Shown here: in pieces, positions 1 through 7,362 of the stretch
Numbering within the stretch: the stretch's first letter is position 1
Layout of the letters: every line of letters starts with the position of its first letter
Assembly: GCA_050301795.1 (NCBI GenBank)
Contig: JBNKZU010000038.1
Location: forward strand, 19,363-51,362
DNA length: 32,000 nucleotides
Source: Thiohalomonadaceae bacterium
GTDB lineage: Bacteria > Pseudomonadota > Gammaproteobacteria > Thiohalomonadales > Thiohalomonadaceae
Reading direction: 5' to 3'
Program-made: the position numbers and the translations under genes
The notes under the pieces: generated by a model
What the model was told of the DNA's origin: nothing
The model's input: the letters and a program-made list of their open reading frames with translations, nothing else
The model's database searches: none

Positions 1-48
1 CTTAATCAAATGGCTTCCAACAAAAATGCCTGGGGTGCTATTCAATGA
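1..48 (+). CDS. 3' end of an upstream ORF (…LNQMASNKNAWGAIQ*); possibly dsrJ by gene order only
   Basis: The frame is open from the window edge to TGA at 46-48, which overlaps the dsrO ATG (ATGA). Identity is inferred only from the canonical dsrJ-O-P order; 16 codons are too few to recognise. Confidence 0.3.
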   Translation, partial: LNQMASNKNAWGAIQ

Positions 49-803
49 GCGATATGAATAAACCTAATCAGGAACGTCGAGAGTTTCTTACTAAAAGTAC
101 TAAGGCTGCCGCGGCTGTCACACTTGCTCCGGGTGTGATGCTATATGCGACAGCCAATGCCCGTCCCATAGATGAGGCCGTAAGTAGCAAGCAACGCTGG
201 GGCATGTTGATTAATACCAACAACTGCTCTGAAGGTTGTAACGCCTGTGTCTCTGCTTGTCAGAGTGAAAATGGATGGGGTTCAAACGAGAAGGAGTCAA
301 ATCCTTCTCAAAAAGCACAGTGGATCAGAAAGGTCGAACTTAAGAACACCAACACTGGCAGTGCTCATTCGCTACCGATGATGTGTCAGCATTGCGAAAA
401 CCCACCTTGTGCTGATGTCTGCCCTACTGGCGCATCCTTTAAACGTGCTGATGGCATTGTTCTGGTTGATCGTCATATCTGTATCGGTTGTCGTTACTGC
501 ATGATGGCATGTCCTTACAAGGCTCGCTCATTTGTACATGAGTCAATCGAAGACCAACGGGCACACATGCCTCGTGGAAAAGGTACTGTTGAGGCCTGTA
601 CGATGTGTGTGCACAAAATCGATGCCGGTGATGGCACTACAGCTTGTGCTCAGGCGTGTAATGCCATTGGTGCAAATGCAATCATCGTCGGTGACTTAAA
701 CGACGCCAATAGTGAAATTGCCAAAGAAGTTGCGAAGTATGCGACAACACAGATTCGTGCAGATCTTGGACTGAATCCTGGTGTTCGCTACAAAGGCATC
801 TAA
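45..803 (+). CDS. dsrO: DsrO, periplasmic Tat-exported 4x[4Fe-4S] ferredoxin-like subunit of the DsrMKJOP complex (HybA/DmsB-like)
   Basis: Twin-arginine signal (ERREFLTKSTKAAAAVTLAPG…ANA). Four ferredoxin-type Cys clusters (CSEGCNACVSAC, CQHCENPPCADVCP, CIGCRYCMMACP, CTMCVHK…ACAQAC). Followed by an NrfD-type membrane subunit, then a CobB-like and an IscA-like gene, which matches the dsrOPNR context. Confidence 0.8.
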   Translation: MSDMNKPNQERREFLTKSTKAAAAVTLAPGVMLYATANARPIDEAVSSKQRWGMLINTNNCSEGCNACVSACQSENGWGSNEKESNPSQKAQWIRKVELKNTNTGSAHSLPMMCQHCENPPCADVCPTGASFKRADGIVLVDRHICIGCRYCMMACPYKARSFVHESIEDQRAHMPRGKGTVEACTMCVHKIDAGDGTTACAQACNAIGANAIIVGDLNDANSEIAKEVAKYATTQIRADLGLNPGVRYKGI

Positions 804-821
804 CAGACGCTGGAATAAATC

Positions 822-2027
822 ATGAAAAAAACGATATACACACAGGTTGAAGAGAACAAAGGGTTTTACTCTTTGATGGTTCTCCTTGGTGCAATCATTC
901 TTGTTGGACTCGGTGCTACCTATTATATGGAGCATCACGGTCACTGGGTTACAGGCATGAATAACCAGATCGTCTGGGGTATGCCTCATGTTTTTGCAAT
1001 CTTTCTTATTGTGGCCGCATCGGGTGCACTTAATGTTGCATCGATTGGTTCGGTATTCGGCAAGAAGATGTATAAACCCCTCGCCCCGCTTTCGGCACTA
1101 TTAGCAGTGGCACTGCTCTTAGGTGGCTTGACGGTTCTGGTGCTTGATCTTGGTCGTCCTGATCGCTTAATCATCGCAATGACACACTACAACTTTAAGT
1201 CGATCTTTGCGTGGAACATCATTCTCTATAACGGCTTTCTTGCTATCGTGATTGTCTATCTATGGACGATGATGGAAAAGCGCATGAACAAGTATAAAGA
1301 GAAGGCAGGTTTTGTTGCGTTTATCTGGCGTCTAATCCTGACCACTGGTACTGGATCGATCTTTGGTTGGCTGGTTGCACGTCAAGCCTATGATGCGGCA
1401 TTGATGGCACCGATGTTTATTGTTATGTCGTTCTCATTTGGTCTGGCCTTCTTCATCCTCGTCTTGATGGCAGCATACCGAATGACAGATCGCCCACTAG
1501 GTGATGTTGTGATTCAGCGTTTAAAACGACTTCTTGGGGTCTTTATTGGCGCGGTTCTCTACTTTGTGATGGTTTATCACCTCACCAATCTTTATGCGAC
1601 TGAGCATCACGGTGTTGAATCATTCATTCTTGCAGGTGGAAATGTCTATACCCTTCTGTTCTGGGTAGTTCAGATCCTTATCGGTTCGTTGATTCCCCTA
1701 GTATTGATCTACCATCCGGCAACGGGTAAGAACAATGGGATTATCGCGATTGCCTCAGTGATGGTACTTATTGGTGGTCTGGCTCAGGTGTATGTCATTT
1801 TGATTGGTGGTCAAGCCTATCCCCTGATTAACTTCCCTGGATATGAGGTGACTAGTAGCTTTGCTGATGGAGCCATCAATAGCTATACCCCCACTATGGC
1901 AGAGACTCTACTCGGAATCATGGGTGTTGCGGTTACCCTTGTGATCGTGACAGTCGCGACACGAGCACTTCGCTTTCTTCCTGAGAGCCTCTCTGATGAG
2001 ATGGTCGACCCACATCATAAAGGCTAA
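822..2027 (+). CDS. dsrP: DsrP, NrfD/PsrC-family integral membrane quinone-interacting subunit
   Basis: 401 aa, about 10 hydrophobic helices, NrfD-family motifs (WGMPHVFAIFL, LDLGRPDR). Starts 18 nt after dsrO. Confidence 0.8.
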   Translation: MKKTIYTQVEENKGFYSLMVLLGAIILVGLGATYYMEHHGHWVTGMNNQIVWGMPHVFAIFLIVAASGALNVASIGSVFGKKMYKPLAPLSALLAVALLLGGLTVLVLDLGRPDRLIIAMTHYNFKSIFAWNIILYNGFLAIVIVYLWTMMEKRMNKYKEKAGFVAFIWRLILTTGTGSIFGWLVARQAYDAALMAPMFIVMSFSFGLAFFILVLMAAYRMTDRPLGDVVIQRLKRLLGVFIGAVLYFVMVYHLTNLYATEHHGVESFILAGGNVYTLLFWVVQILIGSLIPLVLIYHPATGKNNGIIAIASVMVLIGGLAQVYVILIGGQAYPLINFPGYEVTSSFADGAINSYTPTMAETLLGIMGVAVTLVIVTVATRALRFLPESLSDEMVDPHHKG

Positions 2028-2052
2028 TGACGCCGCATTATGATGGATAAGT

Positions 2053-2085
2053 AAAAAAGCCGATGTTCTGCATCGGTTTTTTTTC
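2053..2085 (+). terminator. Rho-independent terminator-like hairpin after dsrP
   Basis: AAAAAG-CCGATG-ttctg-CATCGG-TTTTTTTT: stem 2060-2065/2071-2076, T8 run 2077-2084, preceded by an A-run that could extend the stem. Begins 26 nt after the dsrP stop. Confidence 0.6.
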
Positions 2086-2156
2086 GTCTTATTCCTCCTT
2101 TGTTTGTACAATAACCATCACTATATCGATAGTTCTATCCAACTTGTGGAGCAGTT

Positions 2157-3146
2157 ATGACTCAGGAACACCCGTTTGCACAGTACATTCGTATTCTCGG
2201 TAAAGGTAAAAAGGGTTCACGCGAACTGACATACGATGAGATGTATGACGCGATGAGCATGATAATGGCCGAAAAGATCGAGCCAATGCAGTTAGGAGCC
2301 TTTTTAGTGCTAATGCGTTACAAGGAGGAGACTGCTGAAGAGGTCTGCGCTTCTGTTCGAGCCATTGTCGACAGTATGAATATCCCGAACGATATCCCGG
2401 AAGTAGATCTCGACTGGTCATCTTATGCGGGAAAGAAACGGGTGTTACCGCTCTATCTGCTAGCGACCCTTGCAATGGCGGAAAGTGGTATTCGAATCTT
2501 TATGCACGGAGCCAGTGGCCATACCGAAGGGCGCATCTATACCAAAGAGGTGTTACCGCAACTGGGGATAGCTGTGGCAACGTCGCTTGATGAGGCGGCA
2601 GATCAGATCCAACAGAGCAACTTTACCTACATTGATCTTGAGCACCTCTGTCCTAAGCTACATGAGATTATTGAACTGCGTCCTTATCTTGGACTTCGTA
2701 CGCCAGTTCACACCATCGCCCGAATGTTAAACCCTTTCCGAGCAGAGTGTGTGATGCAGGGTATTTTCCATCCCGGCTACCGCCCTACCCACCAGATTGC
2801 CGGTCAGATGCTCAATATTCCGCACTTATCGGTGATCAAAGGTGATGGCGGCGAGATCGAACGTAATCCTGATACTCCCGTTCTAATACAAAGTGTTCAC
2901 AACGGTGAGTTGTATGAAGAGGAGTGGCCAGCAATGTTTGACAAGCGCCATGTTCGTTCAGACGATCTCGATATTGAGGATCTAAAGCGCTTATGGCGTG
3001 GTGATTTCGAGGATGAATACTCTGAAGCAGCAATTGTGGGTACTATCGCTATCGCGCTCTATACCATGGGCAGGGCAGCAGATCGTGAATCCGCAGAGAC
3101 GCTAGCTACTGAAATTTGGTCTGGTCGCAATCGAAGCCGAATCTAA
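2157..3146 (+). CDS. YbiB/TrpD2-family protein (glycosyl-transferase family 3 fold, not a true anthranilate phosphoribosyltransferase)
   Basis: GGAG lies 5 nt upstream of the ATG. The N-terminus (FAQYIRILGKGKKGSRELTYDE…QLGAFLVLMRYKEETAEE) and the segment LDWSSYAGKKRVLPLYLLATLAMAESGIRIFMHG parallel E. coli YbiB as I remember it (IIKEIGRGKNHARDL…, IPSYNGARKQANLTPLL…VVVHG). No GTGGD PRPP-binding motif is present. Confidence 0.65.
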   Translation: MTQEHPFAQYIRILGKGKKGSRELTYDEMYDAMSMIMAEKIEPMQLGAFLVLMRYKEETAEEVCASVRAIVDSMNIPNDIPEVDLDWSSYAGKKRVLPLYLLATLAMAESGIRIFMHGASGHTEGRIYTKEVLPQLGIAVATSLDEAADQIQQSNFTYIDLEHLCPKLHEIIELRPYLGLRTPVHTIARMLNPFRAECVMQGIFHPGYRPTHQIAGQMLNIPHLSVIKGDGGEIERNPDTPVLIQSVHNGELYEEEWPAMFDKRHVRSDDLDIEDLKRLWRGDFEDEYSEAAIVGTIAIALYTMGRAADRESAETLATEIWSGRNRSRI

Positions 3147-3151
3147 ACCTA

Positions 3152-4528
3152 ATGCCTCATCTCTACTTTGCTGCACCACACAAGTCATCAGGTAAAACCA
3201 CCATTACGCTGGGAGTTAGTGGTGCGCTGAAAGATAGTGGCTTAAAGGTTCAGAGCTTTAAAAAAGGACCTGATTATATCGACCCGATGTGGCTATCAGT
3301 TGCCAGTGGTAGCCATTGCTTTAATCTCGACTATCACACCATGTCGAAAGACGAGATTCTGTATGAGTTTAACCGTCTCGATCAAAGTGCTGACATAAGT
3401 ATTATCGAAGGCAATATGGGGTTGTTTGATAGTAGTGATGTTGAGGGCACACAGAGCAACGCGGCGATGGCCAAGCTACTTAACGCAGCGGTGATCCTGG
3501 TTATCGATGTAAAAGGGGCAACACGTAGCATCGTTCCGTTGATTCAAGGCTTTATTAACTTTGATCCTGAGCTGAATATTGCCGGAATCATTCTCAATAA
3601 TGTCGCGGGCAAACGCCATCTTCAGCGATTACACGCCGTGATAGAACATTACTGCGATATTCCGATCGTTGGGTCTGTGTTACGAGAATCCTCCATCACG
3701 ATTGATGAGAGACATCTTGGTCTGGTTCCAAGTAATGAGAGTAATGCAGTACACCAACAGATTGATGCCATCGTTAAACATATCGCTAACTGTGTCGATC
3801 TTGAAATGATAAAAGCAATCGCATCGAAATCGGTTGCACCAACAAGTGATTATCAGCCAACAGCGATCCAGCCACTATCCTCACCGATACGCATTGCTAT
3901 CGCTAAAGATGAAGCATTTGGATTCTACTACAGCTCGGATTTGGATCGGTTTAATCAACTTGGAGTTGAACTGGTGCCATTTAGCCCCCTAAGGGATGAG
4001 AAGCTTCCTAGTGATATTGATGGACTATTGATTGGTGGTGGTTTTCCTGAAACCCATATTGATGCGCTTCAAAACAATGTTTCAATGAGAGAGGCGCTTT
4101 ATAATGCGATTGTGGACACCCATATCCCAACCTATGCAGAGTGTGGTGGATTGATGTATCTGTGTCGCTCCATTGAATGGTTTGGTTATGTCGGCTCAAT
4201 GGTTGGTGTAATTCCGGGTGATGTGGCAATGTCTGAAAAGCCAGTCGGAAGAGGATACTCAGTGATCTCCCCGGTCTCACATCCCTGGGGTCTGGCTGAC
4301 CAACACCGCTATTCGGTGCACGAATTTCACTATTCACAGGTGTTCAACCTCCCCGATTCGCTTCAATACACCTATCAGGTGGAGCGAGGTAACGGAATCA
4401 TCAATCGGCAGGATGGCGTTGTTATCGGCAATCTGCTTGCAAACTATATTCATCTAAGGGATGTTGACGCTTTTCATTGGGTCGATTATTTCTGCCATTT
4501 TGTTTTATCCTGTAAACATCGTCATTAG
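3152..4528 (+). CDS. dsrN: DsrN, cobyrinic acid a,c-diamide synthase (CobB/CbiA)-like amidotransferase (proposed siroheme amidase)
   Basis: N-terminal P-loop-like APHKSSGKTTITLG. C-terminal glutamine amidotransferase domain with the nucleophile motif AECGGLMYL. Sits in dsrP…dsrR context. I prefer the ATG at 3152 (MPHLYFAAP…), 5 nt after the upstream stop, over the overlapping ATG at 3116. Confidence 0.8.
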   Translation: MPHLYFAAPHKSSGKTTITLGVSGALKDSGLKVQSFKKGPDYIDPMWLSVASGSHCFNLDYHTMSKDEILYEFNRLDQSADISIIEGNMGLFDSSDVEGTQSNAAMAKLLNAAVILVIDVKGATRSIVPLIQGFINFDPELNIAGIILNNVAGKRHLQRLHAVIEHYCDIPIVGSVLRESSITIDERHLGLVPSNESNAVHQQIDAIVKHIANCVDLEMIKAIASKSVAPTSDYQPTAIQPLSSPIRIAIAKDEAFGFYYSSDLDRFNQLGVELVPFSPLRDEKLPSDIDGLLIGGGFPETHIDALQNNVSMREALYNAIVDTHIPTYAECGGLMYLCRSIEWFGYVGSMVGVIPGDVAMSEKPVGRGYSVISPVSHPWGLADQHRYSVHEFHYSQVFNLPDSLQYTYQVERGNGIINRQDGVVIGNLLANYIHLRDVDAFHWVDYFCHFVLSCKHRH

Positions 4529-4596
4529 AGTTGTAATCAAACGATAAGAGACATATTTTTAAGCCATTAAGAACAGTGTAACGAGGAAATAGAGTA

Positions 4597-4944
4597 ATGA
4601 TTTCATTAACCATCGAAGCGGCCAAACAGGTTCGTACAGCAGCAAAACAGAGTCAATCTGAGGGCATGGCTTTAAGATTGGCAGCAAAAAAGAATTCTGA
4701 TGGTTCACTCGAATACGGCATTGGCTTCGATAAGATCAATGACGATGATATGGTTTTTGATTGTGAAGGGGTACAGGTGATCTTTGCACCTGAATACGGA
4801 CCGCTTCTCAATGGCGCTACAATGGATTTTGTTGAGATCACTGAGGGTGATTATCGATTTATATTCCTGAATCCAAACGACGCGAACTACACCCCTCCTA
4901 CGGATTCTGCTGGTTGTGGCGATGGCTGTAGTAGCTGTAGCTAA
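4597..4944 (+). CDS. dsrR: DsrR, IscA/HesB-like protein, here with a C-terminal CGDGCSSCS tail
   Basis: IscA fold pattern (MISLTIEAAKQV…MALRLAAKK…GSLEYGIGFD…FIFLNPN). Lacks the IscA GCSG cysteine. Position directly after dsrN. GAGGAAA Shine-Dalgarno upstream. Confidence 0.75.
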   Translation: MISLTIEAAKQVRTAAKQSQSEGMALRLAAKKNSDGSLEYGIGFDKINDDDMVFDCEGVQVIFAPEYGPLLNGATMDFVEITEGDYRFIFLNPNDANYTPPTDSAGCGDGCSSCS

Positions 4945-5032
4945 GCGCTAAACTCAAAACGCGGTCATTTAACACATTGTGTTACTATTGCTCTCCTTGA
5001 TTTGTGGTTGAAAAGTATCAGAGGAGATTCCC

Positions 5033-6685
5033 TTGAAAGAGAGTGTTCAAATCAGTAATAAACCTGCGGTTACTGATCTCCTGAATCGAATCAGCTCTAT
5101 ACTTTTATTGGGTCAATCCAACAAATTGCCATCGAGCAAGGTTTTTAGAACACTGCTTATCTCATTAGCAGCGCTCTTTTTGACGCTGTTTATCACTCAG
5201 TTGATCAATCTGAGTTCAACGAAGATCATTACGGCTCCAGATGTGATCGCCACGATACTCGCTGGTATTGGCGTGATCCTGATGTTTGCTGTGGTAAATA
5301 TCTTCAAGCAAACCCTCGTCTACCCCACCGAACGCCTGACTAAATGGTCAGATGATGTTCGTTCTGGAAATCTTGATGTCCGATTGAATATCGATGAAAT
5401 GGGAGAGCTTAAAGAGGTCTCCAGAGATATCAACAATCTGACAGATTATCTTCAGGCGATCTCGAAAAATATGGAGGATGAGGTCAAACGTCAGACCGCA
5501 GCGTTTGCACAAAAGGCCAAATCTCTTCAGGTTCTTTATGATGTTGCTACCAGCTTGAACACATCTCACGATGTTAAGGGGATGCTCACCCGTTTCTTGC
5601 ACAATATGCAGGAGATCGTTAACGCAACCGCTGGTACGGTTCGGCTTCTCAATGAAGAGGGCAAGATGGAGTTGGTCGCAAGCATCGGCCTTGGTGAAGA
5701 TGTGTTGGAGCAGGAGCGGGAAATCTGCATCGATACCTGCTTGTGTGGCAATGCTGTTGATGTTGGTGAGGTGTTATTCAGGGATGACACGCATCAATGC
5801 AATAAAATGTTAGGACTACCAATGCTGCCTTATGAAGCGGAGATGATCGTTGTGCCGCTTCAGTATCATGGTAAAAACCTCGGGGTGTATAACCTTTTTG
5901 TTGATAAAAAAGAGGTTAAATCGAATCATGAATTGCGTGCCCTCTTCTCAAGTATCGGTCAGCATCTTGGTATGGCCATCGAGAAAGCACGACTGGATGA
6001 GGAATCAAAAAGGCTATCGATTATCAAAGAGAGAAACGCCCTCGCCCACGAACTACACGACTCATTGGCACAAACACTCGCCAGTTTACGGTTTCAGGTC
6101 GATATGCTTGATGAGACGCTTGAAGAAGCGTATCAGGAAAAGACGTTACAACGAGAGATCCAGCAGATTAAAGGCGGTCTTGATGAGGCCTACTCCGAGC
6201 TTCGAGAGCTGCTTGCACACTTTAGAGCACCGATGAATGTCAAAGGGTTGATGCCTGCGCTTGAGGATCTCATCAGTAACTTCCGCAAACAGACCGGTAT
6301 GCATGTGTTGTTGCAGAAGGAGTGGGACTCCTCCAACCTGCCGGCAAATCTTGAGATGCAGGTGCTTAGAATCATTCAGGAATCGCTGGCCAATATCCGT
6401 AAACATAGCCAGGCCAATACGGTTCGGGTATTAATGCGTTGTGATAATGAACAAAACTATGACATCCTCATTGAGGATGATGGTCTTGGAATGAGCAAAC
6501 CCGCCTTCTCCGGTCACCCCGGAGAGCATATTGGGCTAACGATCATGCAAGAACGAGCACGTCTGCTCGGTGGGGATTTTAAGATAGAGAGTGAATCTGA
6601 CGAAGGAACAAGGGTACAATTATCATTCTCGCTCAAAGACACCGAAAAACGTAATGAGCAAAAAGAGAAGTTTGTCCTGATATAG
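5033..6685 (+). CDS. NarX/NarQ-family sensor histidine kinase (2 TM, HAMP, GAF-like Cys-cluster module, HisKA_3, HATPase) without a periplasmic sensor domain
   Basis: TTG start with GAGGAG 6 nt upstream. TM1 at about aa 38-60 and TM2 at about aa 71-91, joined by only 10 residues (SSTKIITAPD). The HAMP and signalling helix parallel NarX. Cys cluster CIDTCLCG…HQC (nt 5726-5800). H-box ERNALAHELHDSLAQTL (His342). HATPase motifs (EDDGLGM, GLTIMQERA, GT). Confidence 0.8.
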   Translation: MKESVQISNKPAVTDLLNRISSILLLGQSNKLPSSKVFRTLLISLAALFLTLFITQLINLSSTKIITAPDVIATILAGIGVILMFAVVNIFKQTLVYPTERLTKWSDDVRSGNLDVRLNIDEMGELKEVSRDINNLTDYLQAISKNMEDEVKRQTAAFAQKAKSLQVLYDVATSLNTSHDVKGMLTRFLHNMQEIVNATAGTVRLLNEEGKMELVASIGLGEDVLEQEREICIDTCLCGNAVDVGEVLFRDDTHQCNKMLGLPMLPYEAEMIVVPLQYHGKNLGVYNLFVDKKEVKSNHELRALFSSIGQHLGMAIEKARLDEESKRLSIIKERNALAHELHDSLAQTLASLRFQVDMLDETLEEAYQEKTLQREIQQIKGGLDEAYSELRELLAHFRAPMNVKGLMPALEDLISNFRKQTGMHVLLQKEWDSSNLPANLEMQVLRIIQESLANIRKHSQANTVRVLMRCDNEQNYDILIEDDGLGMSKPAFSGHPGEHIGLTIMQERARLLGGDFKIESESDEGTRVQLSFSLKDTEKRNEQKEKFVLI

Positions 6686-6699
6686 ATGAAATAGGAAAT

Positions 6700-7362
6700 A
6701 TGCGCGTATTAATTGTTGATGATCATACCTTGTTCCGAAGTGGACTTGAGACACTGCTGGAACGACACGGAATCGAGGTGATCGGCGCTGCCGGTAACGG
6801 GCGTGATGGCTTTATGAAAGCCAAAGAACTAGCACCTGATGTTCTGTTGCTCGATATGCGTATGCCAGAGATGTCTGGCCTTGAGGTACTTGCAGGACTA
6901 CGTGCAACTGGGTTTACCTTTCCGATTGTGATGCTAACCACATCGAATGAAGAGCAGGATCTTGTCGAGAGCCTACGCAGTGGTGCACAGGGATATCTAC
7001 TCAAGGATATGGAACCAAGTGAACTGGTGCTGGCACTTCGCAATATCGTAGCGGGACAAACCGTAGTGGCACCGGAACTGGCCGGGGTTCTGGCTAAGGT
7101 TGTCCAGGGTGATGTGGTTGAAGATGTCGAGAAAAAACTCTCCCCTTTTGCCGAACTTACTCCACGAGAACATGAGATACTCTGTCTGCTTGCTGAGGGA
7201 CAAAGCAATAAACTGATCGCACGAAATCTCGGCATCTCTGATGGCACTGTAAAGCTTCATGTTAAAGCAATCTTAAGAAAGCTTAATGTTCACTCCCGCG
7301 TTGAAGCAGCAGTTATGGCGGTTGAACAGAGCTTCTGTCAAAAAGAGATTGAAGCCCCGTAA
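6700..7362 (+). CDS. NarL-family response regulator (REC + LuxR-type HTH)
   Basis: MRVLIVDDH…VLLLDMRMPEMSG (phospho-acceptor Asp), GAQGYLLKDMEPSELV. C-terminal LTPREHEILCLLAEGQSNKLIARNLGISDGTVKLHVKAILRKL. Close by eye to E. coli NarL along its whole length. Confidence 0.85.
   Translation: MRVLIVDDHTLFRSGLETLLERHGIEVIGAAGNGRDGFMKAKELAPDVLLLDMRMPEMSGLEVLAGLRATGFTFPIVMLTTSNEEQDLVESLRSGAQGYLLKDMEPSELVLALRNIVAGQTVVAPELAGVLAKVVQGDVVEDVEKKLSPFAELTPREHEILCLLAEGQSNKLIARNLGISDGTVKLHVKAILRKLNVHSRVEAAVMAVEQSFCQKEIEAP

Noticed and set aside
2086-2156. LexA box upstream of the YbiB-like gene (E. coli ybiB is SOS-regulated)
   Set aside because: No CTGT-N8-ACAG pattern is present in the 70 nt upstream.
2157-3146. 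Annotation as anthranilate phosphoribosyltransferase (trpD)
   Set aside because: There is no GTGGD PRPP-binding motif and no trp-gene context. The N-terminal pattern matches the YbiB/TrpD2 branch instead.
3116-3151. Upstream ATG giving a 470-aa DsrN that overlaps the TrpD2-like gene by 31 nt
   Set aside because: The extra 12 residues (MVWSQSKPNLNL) precede the conserved MPHLYFAAP…SGKT N-terminus. ATG 3152 sits just after the upstream stop. The longer form cannot be fully excluded.
5571-6236. Off-frame + strand ORFs (80 and 128 aa) inside the histidine kinase gene
   Set aside because: They are on the same strand but out of frame with a kinase whose domains read continuously, so there is no sign of a frameshift.
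6723-7247. 174-aa ORF antisense to the response-regulator gene
   Set aside because: It is Ser/Arg/Pro-rich with no motifs and lies fully inside a well-supported NarL-like CDS on the other strand. This is a typical shadow ORF.
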